Positions 1-9,640 of a stretch of 64,000 bases of DNA are shown in pieces. Below the pieces are notes generated by a model that was not told where the DNA came from, searched no databases, and saw only the letters and a list, made by a program, of their open reading frames with translations. The stretch lies in IMG/VR virus record IMGVR_UViG_3300034117_001582, positions 186,001 through 250,000 of that record; one strand, given 5' to 3'. Each line of letters starts with the position of its first letter. The first letter of the stretch is position 1. The position numbers were made by a program, and so were the translations under genes.

Positions 1-3000
1 GTTCCATTTGTACCTGAAGTCCCGTTCGTACCATTTGTTCCTGATGTTCCATTAGTCCCTGATGTTCCGTTTGTTCCATTAGTCCCTGAAGTTCCATTCG
101 TTCCATTAGTTCCGCTAGTCCCATTTGTACCTGAAGTCCCGTTGGTTCCATTAGTACCATTCGTCCCTGAAGTGCCATTTGTGCCGCTAGATCCATTAGT
201 CCCAGAAGTTCCGCTAGTACCGTTAGTGCCTGAAGTACCATCTGTACCTGATGTTCCCGCAATAAATGGTGATAATGAAGTGGTTACCTGAGCAATTGTT
301 GCATCTTCAAAATAACAAGTCATTGTTTTTGCACCTAATGAGGTTGCATAGAACTTAACGACTATTCTATCACTAATATTTACCGTTGTTGCGGGTACAG
401 GTACAGAAAATAAATAAAGCTCCACAAGCGTACCGTCGCTAATGGGGTGGGGTGCCGCACTATTTGATCCAATTAAAGTTTCAGTACCACCTGTTGTTCT
501 AATATATATATCAGCATATAATTTTGGAGTACCACCATTGGAGCTCATACTAACGTAATTCTCAAAGTTCCAGTTTCCTGCGGGTATTGTGGTTATTCCT
601 GGATCACCAATAATTGTTGAAAATGAACCTATTAGTTGTGTTCCAGCACCTGTTGCCGTTAATGTTGTTCCGGCACCTATCACTATGTTTCTATCCATTA
701 CATAGTAAGTTGGAATTGTAGATGCGGATGAAGGGTTAAAATAATAAACTAAACCTGTTGAAAATCCATTCACCCCTGAAGTTCCATTAGTACCGCTGGT
801 TCCGTTCGTTCCATTTGTACCTGATGTTCCATTGGTCCCTGATGTTCCATTCGTCCCGTTTGTTCCCGATGTACCATTCGTTCCGTTAGTACCTGAGGTT
901 CCATTCGTTCCGCTAGTTCCATTTGTTCCTGAAGTCCCATTTGTACCATTTGTTCCGTTTGTTCCACTAGTCCCATCTGTTCCGTTAGTCCCCGATGTTC
1001 CGTTGGTTCCATTAGTCCCGCTAGTACCATTGGTACCTGATGTTCCTGAAGTTCCATTTGTACCTGACGTTCCATTTGCACCATTTGTTCCCGAAGTCCC
1101 ATTTGTACCATTAGTCCCATTTGTACCATTAGTTCCTGATGTTCCATTAGTCCCCGATGTGCCATTTGTTCCATTAGTTCCTGATGTACCATTAGTACCG
1201 TTAGTTCCTGAAGTCCCGTTAGTTCCTGAAGTCCCGTTTGTGCCATTTGTTCCTGACGTTCCGTTAGTTCCACTTGTACCATTGGTACCTGATGTTCCGT
1301 TAGTTCCATTAGTACCATTAGTACCATTAGTTCCTGAAGTACCATTTGTACCTGATGTACCATTCGTACCATTTGTTCCACTAGTACCATTTGTTCCCGA
1401 AGTTCCATTAGTTCCATTCGTACCTGAAGTACCTGATGTTCCATTGGTCCCTGAAGTTCCGTTTGTACCAGAAGTCCCTGAAGTACCATTTGTACCGTTA
1501 GTTCCACTTGTACCATTTGTTCCGTTAGTGCCCGATGTTCCATTAGTACCTGAAGTACCGTTTGTTCCGTTAGTTCCTGAGGTACCATTCGTTCCCGAAG
1601 TTCCATTTGTACCATTGGTTCCGCTAGTTCCGTTTGTTCCATTAGTACCTGAAGTTCCATTAGTTCCTGACGTACCATTTGTACCGTTTGTTCCCGAAGT
1701 ACCGTTTGTTCCCGAAGTACCATTTGTTCCTGATGTTCCATTAACCCCCGATATGCCACTTGTACCATTTGTTCCTGATGTTCCATTTGTACCATTTGTT
1801 CCGCTAGTACCATTCGTACCTGAAGTTCCGTTCGTTCCATTTGTACCTGAAGTGCCGTTTGTTCCATTAGTTCCTGATGTCCCATTTGTACCATTCGTTC
1901 CATTTGCTCCGCTAGTACCATTTGTACCCGAAGTTCCATCAGTACCATTAGTTCCGTTAGCACCTGAAGTACCATTTGTTCCGCTAGTACCATCCGTTCC
2001 ATCCGTTCCATTTGTACCACTAGTACCATTTAATCCGCTAGTCCCATTTGTACCTGAAGTACCATTTGTACCTGAAGTACCATTTGTACCGCTAGTACCA
2101 TTGGTACCTGATGTTCCGTTAGCACCACTAGTTCCGTCAGTTCCATTTGTGCCTGAAGTGCCATTTGCGCCGCTAGTACCGTTAGTGCCACTTGAACCAT
2201 TTGTACCATTAGTACCGTTAGTTCCTGATGTTCCATTTGCCCCTGAAGTCCCGTCTGTTCCGCTAGTTCCATTTGTACCATTAGTTCCTGATGTACCATT
2301 AGTTCCTGAAGTACCGTTTGTTCCATTAGTGCCTGATGTCCCATTTGTTCCTGAAGTTCCGTTTGTACCATTTGTTCCTGAAGTACCATTCGTACCATTC
2401 GTACCTGATGTCCCATCCGTACCATTTGTTCCTGACGTACCATTAGTACCTGAAGTCCCATTTGCTCCGCTAGTCCCATTTGTACCATTAGTTCCTGAAG
2501 TTCCATTTGTCCCTGATGAACCATCTGTTCCGCTAGTTCCATTTGTACCATTAGTTCCGTTAGTTCCGCTAGTTCCATTTGTACCATTTGTTCCTGATGT
2601 TCCGTTTGCTCCTGAAGTACCATTTGTTCCGCTAGTACCATCCGTACCATTCGTCCCCGAAGTTCCATTGGTACCGTTAGTTCCGTTTACTCCGCTAGTT
2701 CCATTTGTACCTGACGTTCCATTTGCACCATTTGTTCCCGAAGTCCCATTTGTACCATTAGTCCCATTTGTACCATTAGTCCCACTTGTACCGTTTGTGC
2801 CTGATGTACCATTTGCTCCGCTAGTACCGTTTGTGCCTGAAGTTCCGTTTGCTCCGCTAGTACCGTCAGTACCACTAGTCCCATTGGAACCATTAGTCCC
2901 TGAAGTTCCGTTAGTACCATTCGTACCGTTGGTTCCATTAGTCCCTGAAGTTCCGTTAGTACCCGATGTGCCATTAGTCCCTGAAGTTCCGTTAGTACCC

Positions 3001-4067
3001 GATGTGCCATTTGTGCCTGATGTTCCATTCGCACCACTAGTTCCATTTGTTCCGCTAGTCCCGTTTAATCCTGATGTTCCATCCGTTCCGTTTGTACCAT
3101 TTGTTCCTGAAGTTCCATTTGTTCCTGAAGACCCATTTGTTCCACTTGTTCCATTAACCCCTGATATACCACTTGTTCCATTCGTACCATTTGTTCCCGA
3201 AGTTCCGTTTGCCCCTGACGTACCATTTGTTCCCGAAGTTCCGTTTGCCCCTGACGTACCATTTGTTCCCGAAGTTCCGTTTGTACCATTAGTTCCTGAG
3301 GTACCATTTGTTCCGCTAGTTCCATTAGTACCACTAGTGCCATTTGTACCGTTTGTGCCTGAAGTTCCGTTTGCTCCGTTTGTACCTGAAGTTCCGTTTG
3401 CTCCGCTGGTACCATCCGTCCCACTTGTTCCGTTCGTGCCGTTTGCTCCGCTTGTGCCGTTGGTTCCATTAGTCCCTGAAGTTCCATTAGTACCACTAGT
3501 GCCGTTTGTACCTGAAGACCCATCCGTTCCGTTTGTACCATTTGTTCCTGAAGTTCCATTAGTTCCGCTAGTTCCTGAAGTACCGTTGGTACCTGATATA
3601 CCACTTGTTCCATTTGTACCATTTGTTCCGCTAGTACCATTAGTCCCTGATGTTCCATTTGTACCTGATGTGCCTGCAGCTCCGCTTGTTCCATTTGTCC
3701 CACTTGTACCATTAGTGCCTGATGTACCATTTGTCCCATTAGTCCCATTCGTACCTGAGGTCCCATTTGCGCCGTTAGTTCCTGATGTACCACTTGTTCC
3801 TGATGCACCAGCAGTAAATCCAGTTACCGAAACGGAATTTCCATCATTTCTTACTAAATTTAATGTTTGAGCAGATGTAACAAAAGTTCCACCTGTAACA
3901 AAAATATCTGTTGCTCCACTTAATATAAAAGACTTTAAATTATTAACATATGTATGTACCGTATCACCCGTTGCCGCAGAGAAATAAGAAACCAACGGAA
4001 CTAAGTCTGTGGCCCCTATGCCCGAGAGCGGTAAAAATGGTAATTGAGATATTTTTTTATTTGCCAT
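1..4067 (-). CDS. Giant Gly-X-Y (GTS/GTN/GAN) repeat fibre protein, putative tail/head fibre; runs off the window start
   Basis: My translation from ATG 4067: MANKKISQLPFLPLSGIG..., then ~1,010 aa of G-T-S/G-T-N triplets, a ~170-aa globular domain (nt ~260-770), then more triplets. The frame is the same at 4067, across the globular domain and at the window start, with no stop seen, which explains its absence from the ORF track. TATTTAT lies upstream (plus 4083-4089). Confidence 0.9.
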   Translation of the reverse strand, partial: MANKKISQLPFLPLSGIGATDLVPLVSYFSAATGDTVHTYVNNLKSFILSGATDIFVTGGTFVTSAQTLNLVRNDGNSVSVTGFTAGASGTSGTSGTNGANGTSGTNGTNGTNGTSGTNGTSGTNGTSGAAGTSGTNGTSGTNGTSGTNGTNGTSGISGTNGTSGTSGTNGTSGTNGTNGTDGSSGTNGTSGTNGTSGTNGTNGTSGANGTNGTSGTDGTSGANGTSGTNGANGTSGTNGTNGTSGTNGTSGTNGTSGTNGTNGTSGTNGTSGANGTSGTNGTSGANGTSGTNGTNGTSGISGVNGTSGTNGSSGTNGTSGTNGTNGTDGTSGLNGTSGTNGTSGANGTSGTNGTSGTNGTSGTNGTSGTNGTSGTNGTNGTNGTNGTSGTNGSNGTSGTDGTSGANGTSGTNGTSGANGTSGTNGTSGTNGTNGTNGTNGTSGTNGANGTSGTNGTSGVNGTNGTNGTSGTNGTDGTSGTNGTSGANGTSGTNGTNGTSGTNGTNGTNGTSGTDGSSGTNGTSGTNGTNGTSGANGTSGTNGTSGTNGTDGTSGTNGTNGTSGTNGTNGTSGTNGTSGTNGTNGTSGTNGTSGTNGTNGTSGTDGTSGANGTSGTNGTNGTNGSSGTNGTSGANGTSGTNGTDGTSGANGTSGTNGTSGTNGTSGTNGTSGTNGTSGLNGTSGTNGTDGTDGTSGTNGTSGANGTNGTDGTSGTNGTSGANGTNGTNGTSGTNGTNGTSGTNGTNGTSGTNGTSGTNGTNGTSGTNGTSGISGVNGTSGTNGTSGTNGTSGTNGTNGTSGTNGTSGTNGTNGTSGTNGTNGTSGTNGTSGTNGTNGTSGTNGTSGTNGTNGTSGTNGTNGTSGTSGTNGTSGTNGTSGTSGTNGTNGTSGTNGTSGTNGTNGTSGTNGTSGTNGTNGTNGTNGTSGTNGTSGTNGTSGTNGTNGTSGTNGTSGTNGTNGTSGTNGTNGTSGTNGTSGTNGTNGTNGTNGTSGTNGANGTSGTNGTSGTSGTNGTSGTNGTNGTSGTNGTDGTSGTNGTNGTNGTSGTNGTSGTNGTSGTNGTNGTSGTNGTNGTSGTNGTSGTNGTNGTSGTNGTSGVNGFSTGLVYYFNPSSASTIPTYYVMDRNIVIGAGTTLTATGAGTQLIGSFSTIIGDPGITTIPAGNWNFENYVSMSSNGGTPKLYADIYIRTTGGTETLIGSNSAAPHPISDGTLVELYLFSVPVPATTVNISDRIVVKFYATSLGAKTMTCYFEDATIAQVTTSLSPFIAGTSGTDGTSGTNGTSGTSGTNGSSGTNGTSGTNGTNGTNGTSGTNGTSGTNGTNGTSGTNGTNGTSGTNGTSGTNGTNGTSGTNG
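774..3809 (-). repeat. 9-bp-period coding repeat (GGN ACN TCN/AAY/AGY) encoding Gly-X-Y triplets
   Basis: Degenerate gttccattt/gtacctgaa units throughout; third codon positions vary. A second block lies at 1-258. Confidence 0.95.
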
Positions 4068-4107
4068 TAAATGGGTTTTTTAATAAATATTGAGTGAGGG
4101 TGAAAGT

Positions 4108-4473
4108 TTACCAATTAAATTCACAACAAAAGTCACTATTTACAAATGAGTCCAAAACGGTCACATATATTTTATCTCGTAGAGGTAATATTATTGTTCC
4201 TTGATCGGTGGTTATATTAAATTCGGCCATATATCTATTTGTTTTTGATGTGTTTTTTTTTGTGAATTGATAGGTAATTGTGTGGGAATCATTTGAATAA
4301 TTACAAACACCATTTGTTATTTTATATATACCACTATCAACATCCACCATTGAAAGGGTTATTGTTGCTCCCGTTAAGTTTGTGTTTTGATAATTATAAT
4401 CCAATCTACCATCCTTAAATAGATTTATTTCAAGGACAGGCAAGGTTGCGTTTTTTCTTATAAAAAATTCCAT
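4108..4473 (-). CDS. BppU/DUF2479-like Ig-fold baseplate or fibre-adaptor protein
   Basis: MEFFIRKNATLPVLEINL...LTGATITLSM...ITYQF...YMAEFNIT...IILP pattern resembles BppU N-terminal domains; lies next to the fibre. Start moved to 4473 because TATTTAT sits 4 nt upstream. Confidence 0.55.
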   Translation of the reverse strand: MEFFIRKNATLPVLEINLFKDGRLDYNYQNTNLTGATITLSMVDVDSGIYKITNGVCNYSNDSHTITYQFTKKNTSKTNRYMAEFNITTDQGTIILPLRDKIYVTVLDSFVNSDFCCEFNW

Positions 4474-4489
4474 AAACATAAATAGTTAG

Positions 4490-4520
4490 AAAAAAGAAAA
4501 GGTGTCCTTTCGAACACCTT
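4490..4520 (-). terminator. Rho-independent terminator
   Basis: 7-bp stem (plus AAGGTGT 4499-4505 / ACACCTT 4514-4520) followed on the minus strand by TTTTCTTTTT. Confidence 0.7.
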
Positions 4521-4591
4521 CCTTAGATTCTAAACACCCCCCTTTCTTTAAAAGGTTTATGAATTAAGAGATTTACCTCTACCTTCCTATT

Positions 4592-6517
4592 TTAAGCCGT
4601 TGGTTTTAACCCTATACCGCTAACGACATCTTGGACTTGTTTAAATTTCTCATCCATTTTAGTGGTAATATCTTTAATTGCCGGTTCGATTAACTTAGCA
4701 ACCTCTTGTTTAAATTTATTTTCATCCACACTTGCAAACATTAATCCTGAAATACCTTCTGTACCAAAACTTGTTTTGTAACCCTCCATCGCCTTTGTCG
4801 CAATCATTGCACTTAACTCATCAACTCTATTTTCTTTAATTGCTCTTTCAATAACATCTTCAGGAAGTTCTTCAAATGCTGTGAGAATCATATTATGCTC
4901 ATCTTCTTTATTTTTAACTTGGTCAGCAATTTTTTGACCCAATCTTGTTTTAATGTCCTTTAACACATTATTACCTTCAGCACCATACAATCCATTCATC
5001 ACATCCAAGAACGTTTCGTTAACGATTGTTTTATTGTAACCGGCACGTAATAACATTATTCTTTCCTCACGCAAAGTTGATTCAACAATTCTTTTTCTAT
5101 TTTTATTAATACCAACCAAAGAAAAATTATATCTTTTGTTAATTAATTTTTTTTCTTCTGAAATAATTTGTTTTTTTTCAATATGTTCAGAAACGACCTT
5201 TCTGATTGTATTAGATACTGACATAATCCTGTTTTCCTTATAAATATCTTTATTTTGTTCTAATGTGAATCTTAAACCAAATATTTTTAATTTAGAACCA
5301 ACATGTACCAATCTTTTTACCATTTGGTTTGCCCTTCTTGGGTATTTGTCTTTATATGTTAAAAAACACGACTCAACGTCTTGTCTTCTTTCAGTGATTG
5401 TCTCCTCACCACCTAAGGTATCAATAGTTTTTGAACCATCATTAACAAGTACCATATCATTATAAAAATCTCTTGTAAGTCTAATACACTGCCTTTCGGT
5501 AATGTCTTTTTGAGGTTTTGGAGGTTTTATTACAATTTTTTTAAGTTTAACTTCTATTTCGTTATTACTATTAAATTTTAAATTATATCTTTTTTTAACG
5601 GAAATATACCCTTGGTTGGTTACTTTAACAACTATTTTATCAATATCTTTAACTTCGTGTGTAACTCCACCTTTACCTGATATCAACGGGGTTGTTTCAT
5701 CGTCTCCGTAAACCTGTATATCAGAACCCATCAAAGGATTATCATTTTCATCAATAACGGAAACTTTAAAGGGTGTGGTTGTTTTGATTTTAAAATTTAC
5801 AACATTTTCATAACCCTTACGTATAATTAATTTTTTTTCAGAATTAGGGTTGTCCTCATCTCCCTTACTCATCATAGAGTTATTTAACTTGATGGTTTTT
5901 TCTATATTCTCTTTAATGTTAAAATACTTAACACCAACAGTAATGTTTAACAGTTCACCACTAGCCTCCGCATCGAATACGGGGTATTTTGTTTTATCTA
6001 AAATTATGTTAGATAACATACCATTATTATCGGTTACGTTATTTCCAAATTCAATATCAGTACGTTTATACTTTATGGTTATTGTCGCATTTGGTATAGG
6101 GGAATTAAACTCATCATTAACCTGAACAGATAATGATGTTATATCAAATGTTGTTTTTACTATTACCTCCTCAACGTTTTGTACGTCCCTAAACGTAAAG
6201 TCTTGATTATAAACTTTAGGTTGGGATAAATCAATATTCTCCACAAGATCTTCATACCCCTCATTTTTATTTGTTACTTTATATGTGTATACCCCTAATG
6301 GGATATTTTCAATTTTAAAGAAACCATTTTCGTCAGATGTCGCACCTTTAATTAATTTTTCGTTTTGAAATAATTTTACTTGTGAATTTGGAGATTTACT
6401 TGCTTTATATTTTACATAACCTTGAAGTGTAGCAAATCCATCTTCCTCGTTTAATAAACGATGAAGGGATGAAATTTGTTTTTTTTCAGTTTCAGTAAGG
6501 ATTAATTTTCTTAACAT
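4592..6517 (-). CDS. Leader-bearing 641-aa protein with carboxypeptidase-regulatory-like (transthyretin-fold) repeats and a helical C-terminal module
   Basis: LQGYVK...PNSQVKL...GATSDENGFFKIENIPLGVYT; VQVNDEFNSPIPNATITI...TDNNG; leader LTETEKKQISSLHRLLNEE; internal second leader at nt 5224. Confidence 0.65.
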   Translation of the reverse strand: MLRKLILTETEKKQISSLHRLLNEEDGFATLQGYVKYKASKSPNSQVKLFQNEKLIKGATSDENGFFKIENIPLGVYTYKVTNKNEGYEDLVENIDLSQPKVYNQDFTFRDVQNVEEVIVKTTFDITSLSVQVNDEFNSPIPNATITIKYKRTDIEFGNNVTDNNGMLSNIILDKTKYPVFDAEASGELLNITVGVKYFNIKENIEKTIKLNNSMMSKGDEDNPNSEKKLIIRKGYENVVNFKIKTTTPFKVSVIDENDNPLMGSDIQVYGDDETTPLISGKGGVTHEVKDIDKIVVKVTNQGYISVKKRYNLKFNSNNEIEVKLKKIVIKPPKPQKDITERQCIRLTRDFYNDMVLVNDGSKTIDTLGGEETITERRQDVESCFLTYKDKYPRRANQMVKRLVHVGSKLKIFGLRFTLEQNKDIYKENRIMSVSNTIRKVVSEHIEKKQIISEEKKLINKRYNFSLVGINKNRKRIVESTLREERIMLLRAGYNKTIVNETFLDVMNGLYGAEGNNVLKDIKTRLGQKIADQVKNKEDEHNMILTAFEELPEDVIERAIKENRVDELSAMIATKAMEGYKTSFGTEGISGLMFASVDENKFKQEVAKLIEPAIKDITTKMDEKFKQVQDVVSGIGLKPTA

Positions 6518-6519
6518 GT

Positions 6520-9500
6520 TTAAAAATTTCTCAAACCTAATTTACTTTCGTATTTGGTGTTACATTTATTTAAAATGTGATTAACCGTCATTTTTTGTCT
6601 TTCACTTAATTCGAATTCTTTTTTACCACTTTGTAACGACCTACAGAATCCTCTTTTAATCACTATCCTTGCAGAAAATTTAACTAAACTATTAAAGAAC
6701 TCTCTTGTTGGTTCTAATTTGTAAATAACAATCTTGTCGTTAAATATTGAATTAATCTCACTTGTGGTAAAATATTCTTTAAGTTCTTCAGGTGGAGTTT
6801 CAGTTGTCCAACCTTTTCCCATCTTTTCTCTTACTTTATCTCTTACCTTTTTTGGTAAGTCTTCAATACCTTCTTTTTCGTTTCTTTTAAGAACGTTTAT
6901 TGCCGACTCTTCTTTTTTTTTTAAGTCATCCTCCGATTTGGAGTTGACTTCAGTTTCTTTAGTTCGTGGTTCCTTTTTTTCTAAATCCATATTTGCCAAC
7001 TGATTTGGTGTATAATCACCTTTAACTAAAAACCAGTTTCCGTTTGCAGGCCTTGCAACTGAAAATATTTCCATCTCACCACGACTTTCTTTAATCGTTC
7101 TTAAAACTAATGCCAATCCTCTTGGTGTTGCTGATTCATGAATGTTTGCTAAGTCTTTTGTAAACATAATCTTAACAACATCTTCATGAGTGTCGATAAC
7201 TGCTCTAACAAATGAATCATCCTCATCGTATTTTTTTCTGTAATGATTAATTCTATCCATTACATCTTCCATTTTTATTTTTACTTCTTTATATTGGCCA
7301 GGATTTTTTTCATCCTGAGCTTTAAATGTAAACGTATCTTTCCAATGTTTGAAGTTATCTTCTCCAAATTTTTCTTTATTTCGTTCAGTTATCATAATAT
7401 TCGTTTTTTTGTATCTTGATTCATTCATATTACCACTAATAAATTCATCAAGACTAAATTCATATCCATCTTTTTCTGAATAAACAACCAAAGGCCTATC
7501 CTTACGTCTTGGGTTTGCTTTCAACGAATATGTGTTATTTTTATATAAAAACACAGGGTCTGAACTCTTATTATCTAAAGTGTCTATAGTCATAATTTTT
7601 TCTAATTCTTGAGCTTTAGGTATGTTGTCCCTATTTTGTACCAGACCAACTACCTGTAGTTTTCTCAATGTTAGTATTTCCATTTTTTTGGCATATTCTT
7701 TTGGGTGTTCCAAAGCATACGGCTTAACAACGTTATTATTATTATCATCATTATTTATTTCTTCAGTCTTTTTTTTAATTTTTTCTGCAGCATCGTCAGT
7801 AAAATACCATTTCACAAAGTTATCCACTTGTGTATTAAAAGGTATAACAAAATCAAAAATTTCAAAAAACCATTCCCCAAGAGTATCCGTTTCTCCGTTA
7901 AACATTAGTGCGAATGGGCCAAAAGTATCTTTTATATCGGACCACTCATTTTCTATTAAAGAACCTACAGGTGCTTTACAATACTTTGCATATGTTGAGT
8001 CTTCTACTAAATTTAGGTAACTGTTATCCCCTCCAACTTTAAAACCAAATAACTCAGATTCTTTATCACCAACCGTACTAAAAAAACACGACCATCCAAA
8101 CATTACAATAGATAAAGAAAAATTAATTGCTAACGGAATTAAAACATTAGCTCTGAACCATATTCTCATATACATGTCAAATACCGAGTCCATACCATAT
8201 CCAGAAATATATCTTTTTCCTTTTTTACCAAAAGTAAACCGGTTTAAAAGACTTCTTCTACTTTTGGCCATTTCTTCAACATATTCCTTAAAAGTACTTA
8301 AAGTACCCGTCAAACTATATTGCCACCATCTAGTTGCCCAACCAGAACTCGCTGCGTAAATTTTGCCAAAATAATCTTTAAACTTAGTTCCAAATGGATT
8401 TTTTAAAAAACTAAAAAAATCCTTAACTTTTGCCCATAACGCTTTGACTTCTTGTGTTCCAGTGGCTGCACTTTCTGTATCTAATTTTTCAAAAAATAGT
8501 TGCAATACGTTTAATTTTTCTTCACCCGTTCCAGGGATTACTTTTCCATTTACGTCTTTTCTAGATACATTTGCTTCTAACTCTTCTATTTTGCTTAAAA
8601 TGGTTTCTCTTAATTTATCATCAGATATTGAATTTTTTATTTTTGTTATAATATCATTATATAATGTAGTGTACGATTTGTCAGCAAATTCGTTAAATTG
8701 TTTCATTTTAATAACAAGATTTTTAATCCTATCTGCTAATAATTTTCCGGCATTAATATCTTTTACCGAACCTTGTTCAATACCAATTAAAAGGTCTGAA
8801 ATCTCTTGTTCTAAAACCGCCGCGTCTTTTTTAACTGATAAAAACACTAAATTTATTAATTCTGAAAATTGGTCTATTAAAAAGGGTGCCCCTCTAAGCC
8901 ACGTCATAATACTTTCCCACGCCCCTTGACCTTTTTTTACAGTTGGTATTATGATCTCCAATGACGCTTTATAAGGTTTTTCAAATAGCTCCTCTACCAC
9001 CTTACCTTCTTGTTCTGAAAAACCAAACAATTTTTTATATGTTGCAATAAATTTCTTTTTAATTACGTCCAAAGCCTGTTTTTTAACAAAATCACTATCT
9101 CCGGCAATTTGTTCCATTCTAGCCTTAACTTCCTTATTAAAATCTTGAACGACTTCTTTTGTAAGATTGTCAGCTGGATCGGCTAAGGCGGCTATTAAGT
9201 CTTCTTTCACCTCCGCACTAACAAAGTCTTCAACCCTATCATTTATTATTTTCCAATTATCAGTACCCATTTTTGACTCTAAAAAACTCATAATCTCTTC
9301 TATTGTTTTTCCAGCCCCAATCATTTCTTCAACTTTTGCAACCGCGGCTTTTCTAGCGGTTTCTTCCGCACCACTTTTAGCGGTTTTTCCAGCAACTTCT
9401 GAACGTGTATCACCAAACATTTTTAATATTGCTAACTGTCTTCTAGACGCCGCCTCTGCTCCCAACTCTCCGGTTTCTAAAACCATTCTCCAAATTGCGG

Positions 9501-9615
9501 TTCCAGCATCACCTCTACTTTCATTAATTAAATGTTTAATTGGCGTATTTTCCACAATGGGTAAATTAGACATACGTCTAAATCTTATTATTTCTTCTAA
9601 TAATTGTGCGTTCAT
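6520..9615 (-). CDS. Large 1031-aa leader-bearing protein, putative virion/internal head protein
   Basis: Long ORF; leader MNAQLLEEIIRFRRMSNLPIVE...LINES; hydrophobic stretch near aa 490-515; upstream TATTTATAAATA (motif at plus 9629-9635). Confidence 0.6.
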   Translation of the reverse strand: MNAQLLEEIIRFRRMSNLPIVENTPIKHLINESRGDAGTAIWRMVLETGELGAEAASRRQLAILKMFGDTRSEVAGKTAKSGAEETARKAAVAKVEEMIGAGKTIEEIMSFLESKMGTDNWKIINDRVEDFVSAEVKEDLIAALADPADNLTKEVVQDFNKEVKARMEQIAGDSDFVKKQALDVIKKKFIATYKKLFGFSEQEGKVVEELFEKPYKASLEIIIPTVKKGQGAWESIMTWLRGAPFLIDQFSELINLVFLSVKKDAAVLEQEISDLLIGIEQGSVKDINAGKLLADRIKNLVIKMKQFNEFADKSYTTLYNDIITKIKNSISDDKLRETILSKIEELEANVSRKDVNGKVIPGTGEEKLNVLQLFFEKLDTESAATGTQEVKALWAKVKDFFSFLKNPFGTKFKDYFGKIYAASSGWATRWWQYSLTGTLSTFKEYVEEMAKSRRSLLNRFTFGKKGKRYISGYGMDSVFDMYMRIWFRANVLIPLAINFSLSIVMFGWSCFFSTVGDKESELFGFKVGGDNSYLNLVEDSTYAKYCKAPVGSLIENEWSDIKDTFGPFALMFNGETDTLGEWFFEIFDFVIPFNTQVDNFVKWYFTDDAAEKIKKKTEEINNDDNNNNVVKPYALEHPKEYAKKMEILTLRKLQVVGLVQNRDNIPKAQELEKIMTIDTLDNKSSDPVFLYKNNTYSLKANPRRKDRPLVVYSEKDGYEFSLDEFISGNMNESRYKKTNIMITERNKEKFGEDNFKHWKDTFTFKAQDEKNPGQYKEVKIKMEDVMDRINHYRKKYDEDDSFVRAVIDTHEDVVKIMFTKDLANIHESATPRGLALVLRTIKESRGEMEIFSVARPANGNWFLVKGDYTPNQLANMDLEKKEPRTKETEVNSKSEDDLKKKEESAINVLKRNEKEGIEDLPKKVRDKVREKMGKGWTTETPPEELKEYFTTSEINSIFNDKIVIYKLEPTREFFNSLVKFSARIVIKRGFCRSLQSGKKEFELSERQKMTVNHILNKCNTKYESKLGLRNF

Positions 9616-9640
9616 TTGTTTTTTATTTATAAATACCTGT

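Noticed and set aside
770-3808. Minus-strand MVQMEL-type ORFs (770-2029, 2030-2668, 2687-3046, 3065-3808)
   Set aside because: Off-frame readings of the same repeat, broken by stops. The continuous frame is the GTS/GTN one.
832-3870. 1012-aa plus-strand Val-Pro-rich ORF
   Set aside because: Antisense shadow of the Gly-Thr-X repeat. It has no upstream signal and is confined to the repeat, while the minus frame from ATG 4067 has a sensible N-terminus and globular domain.
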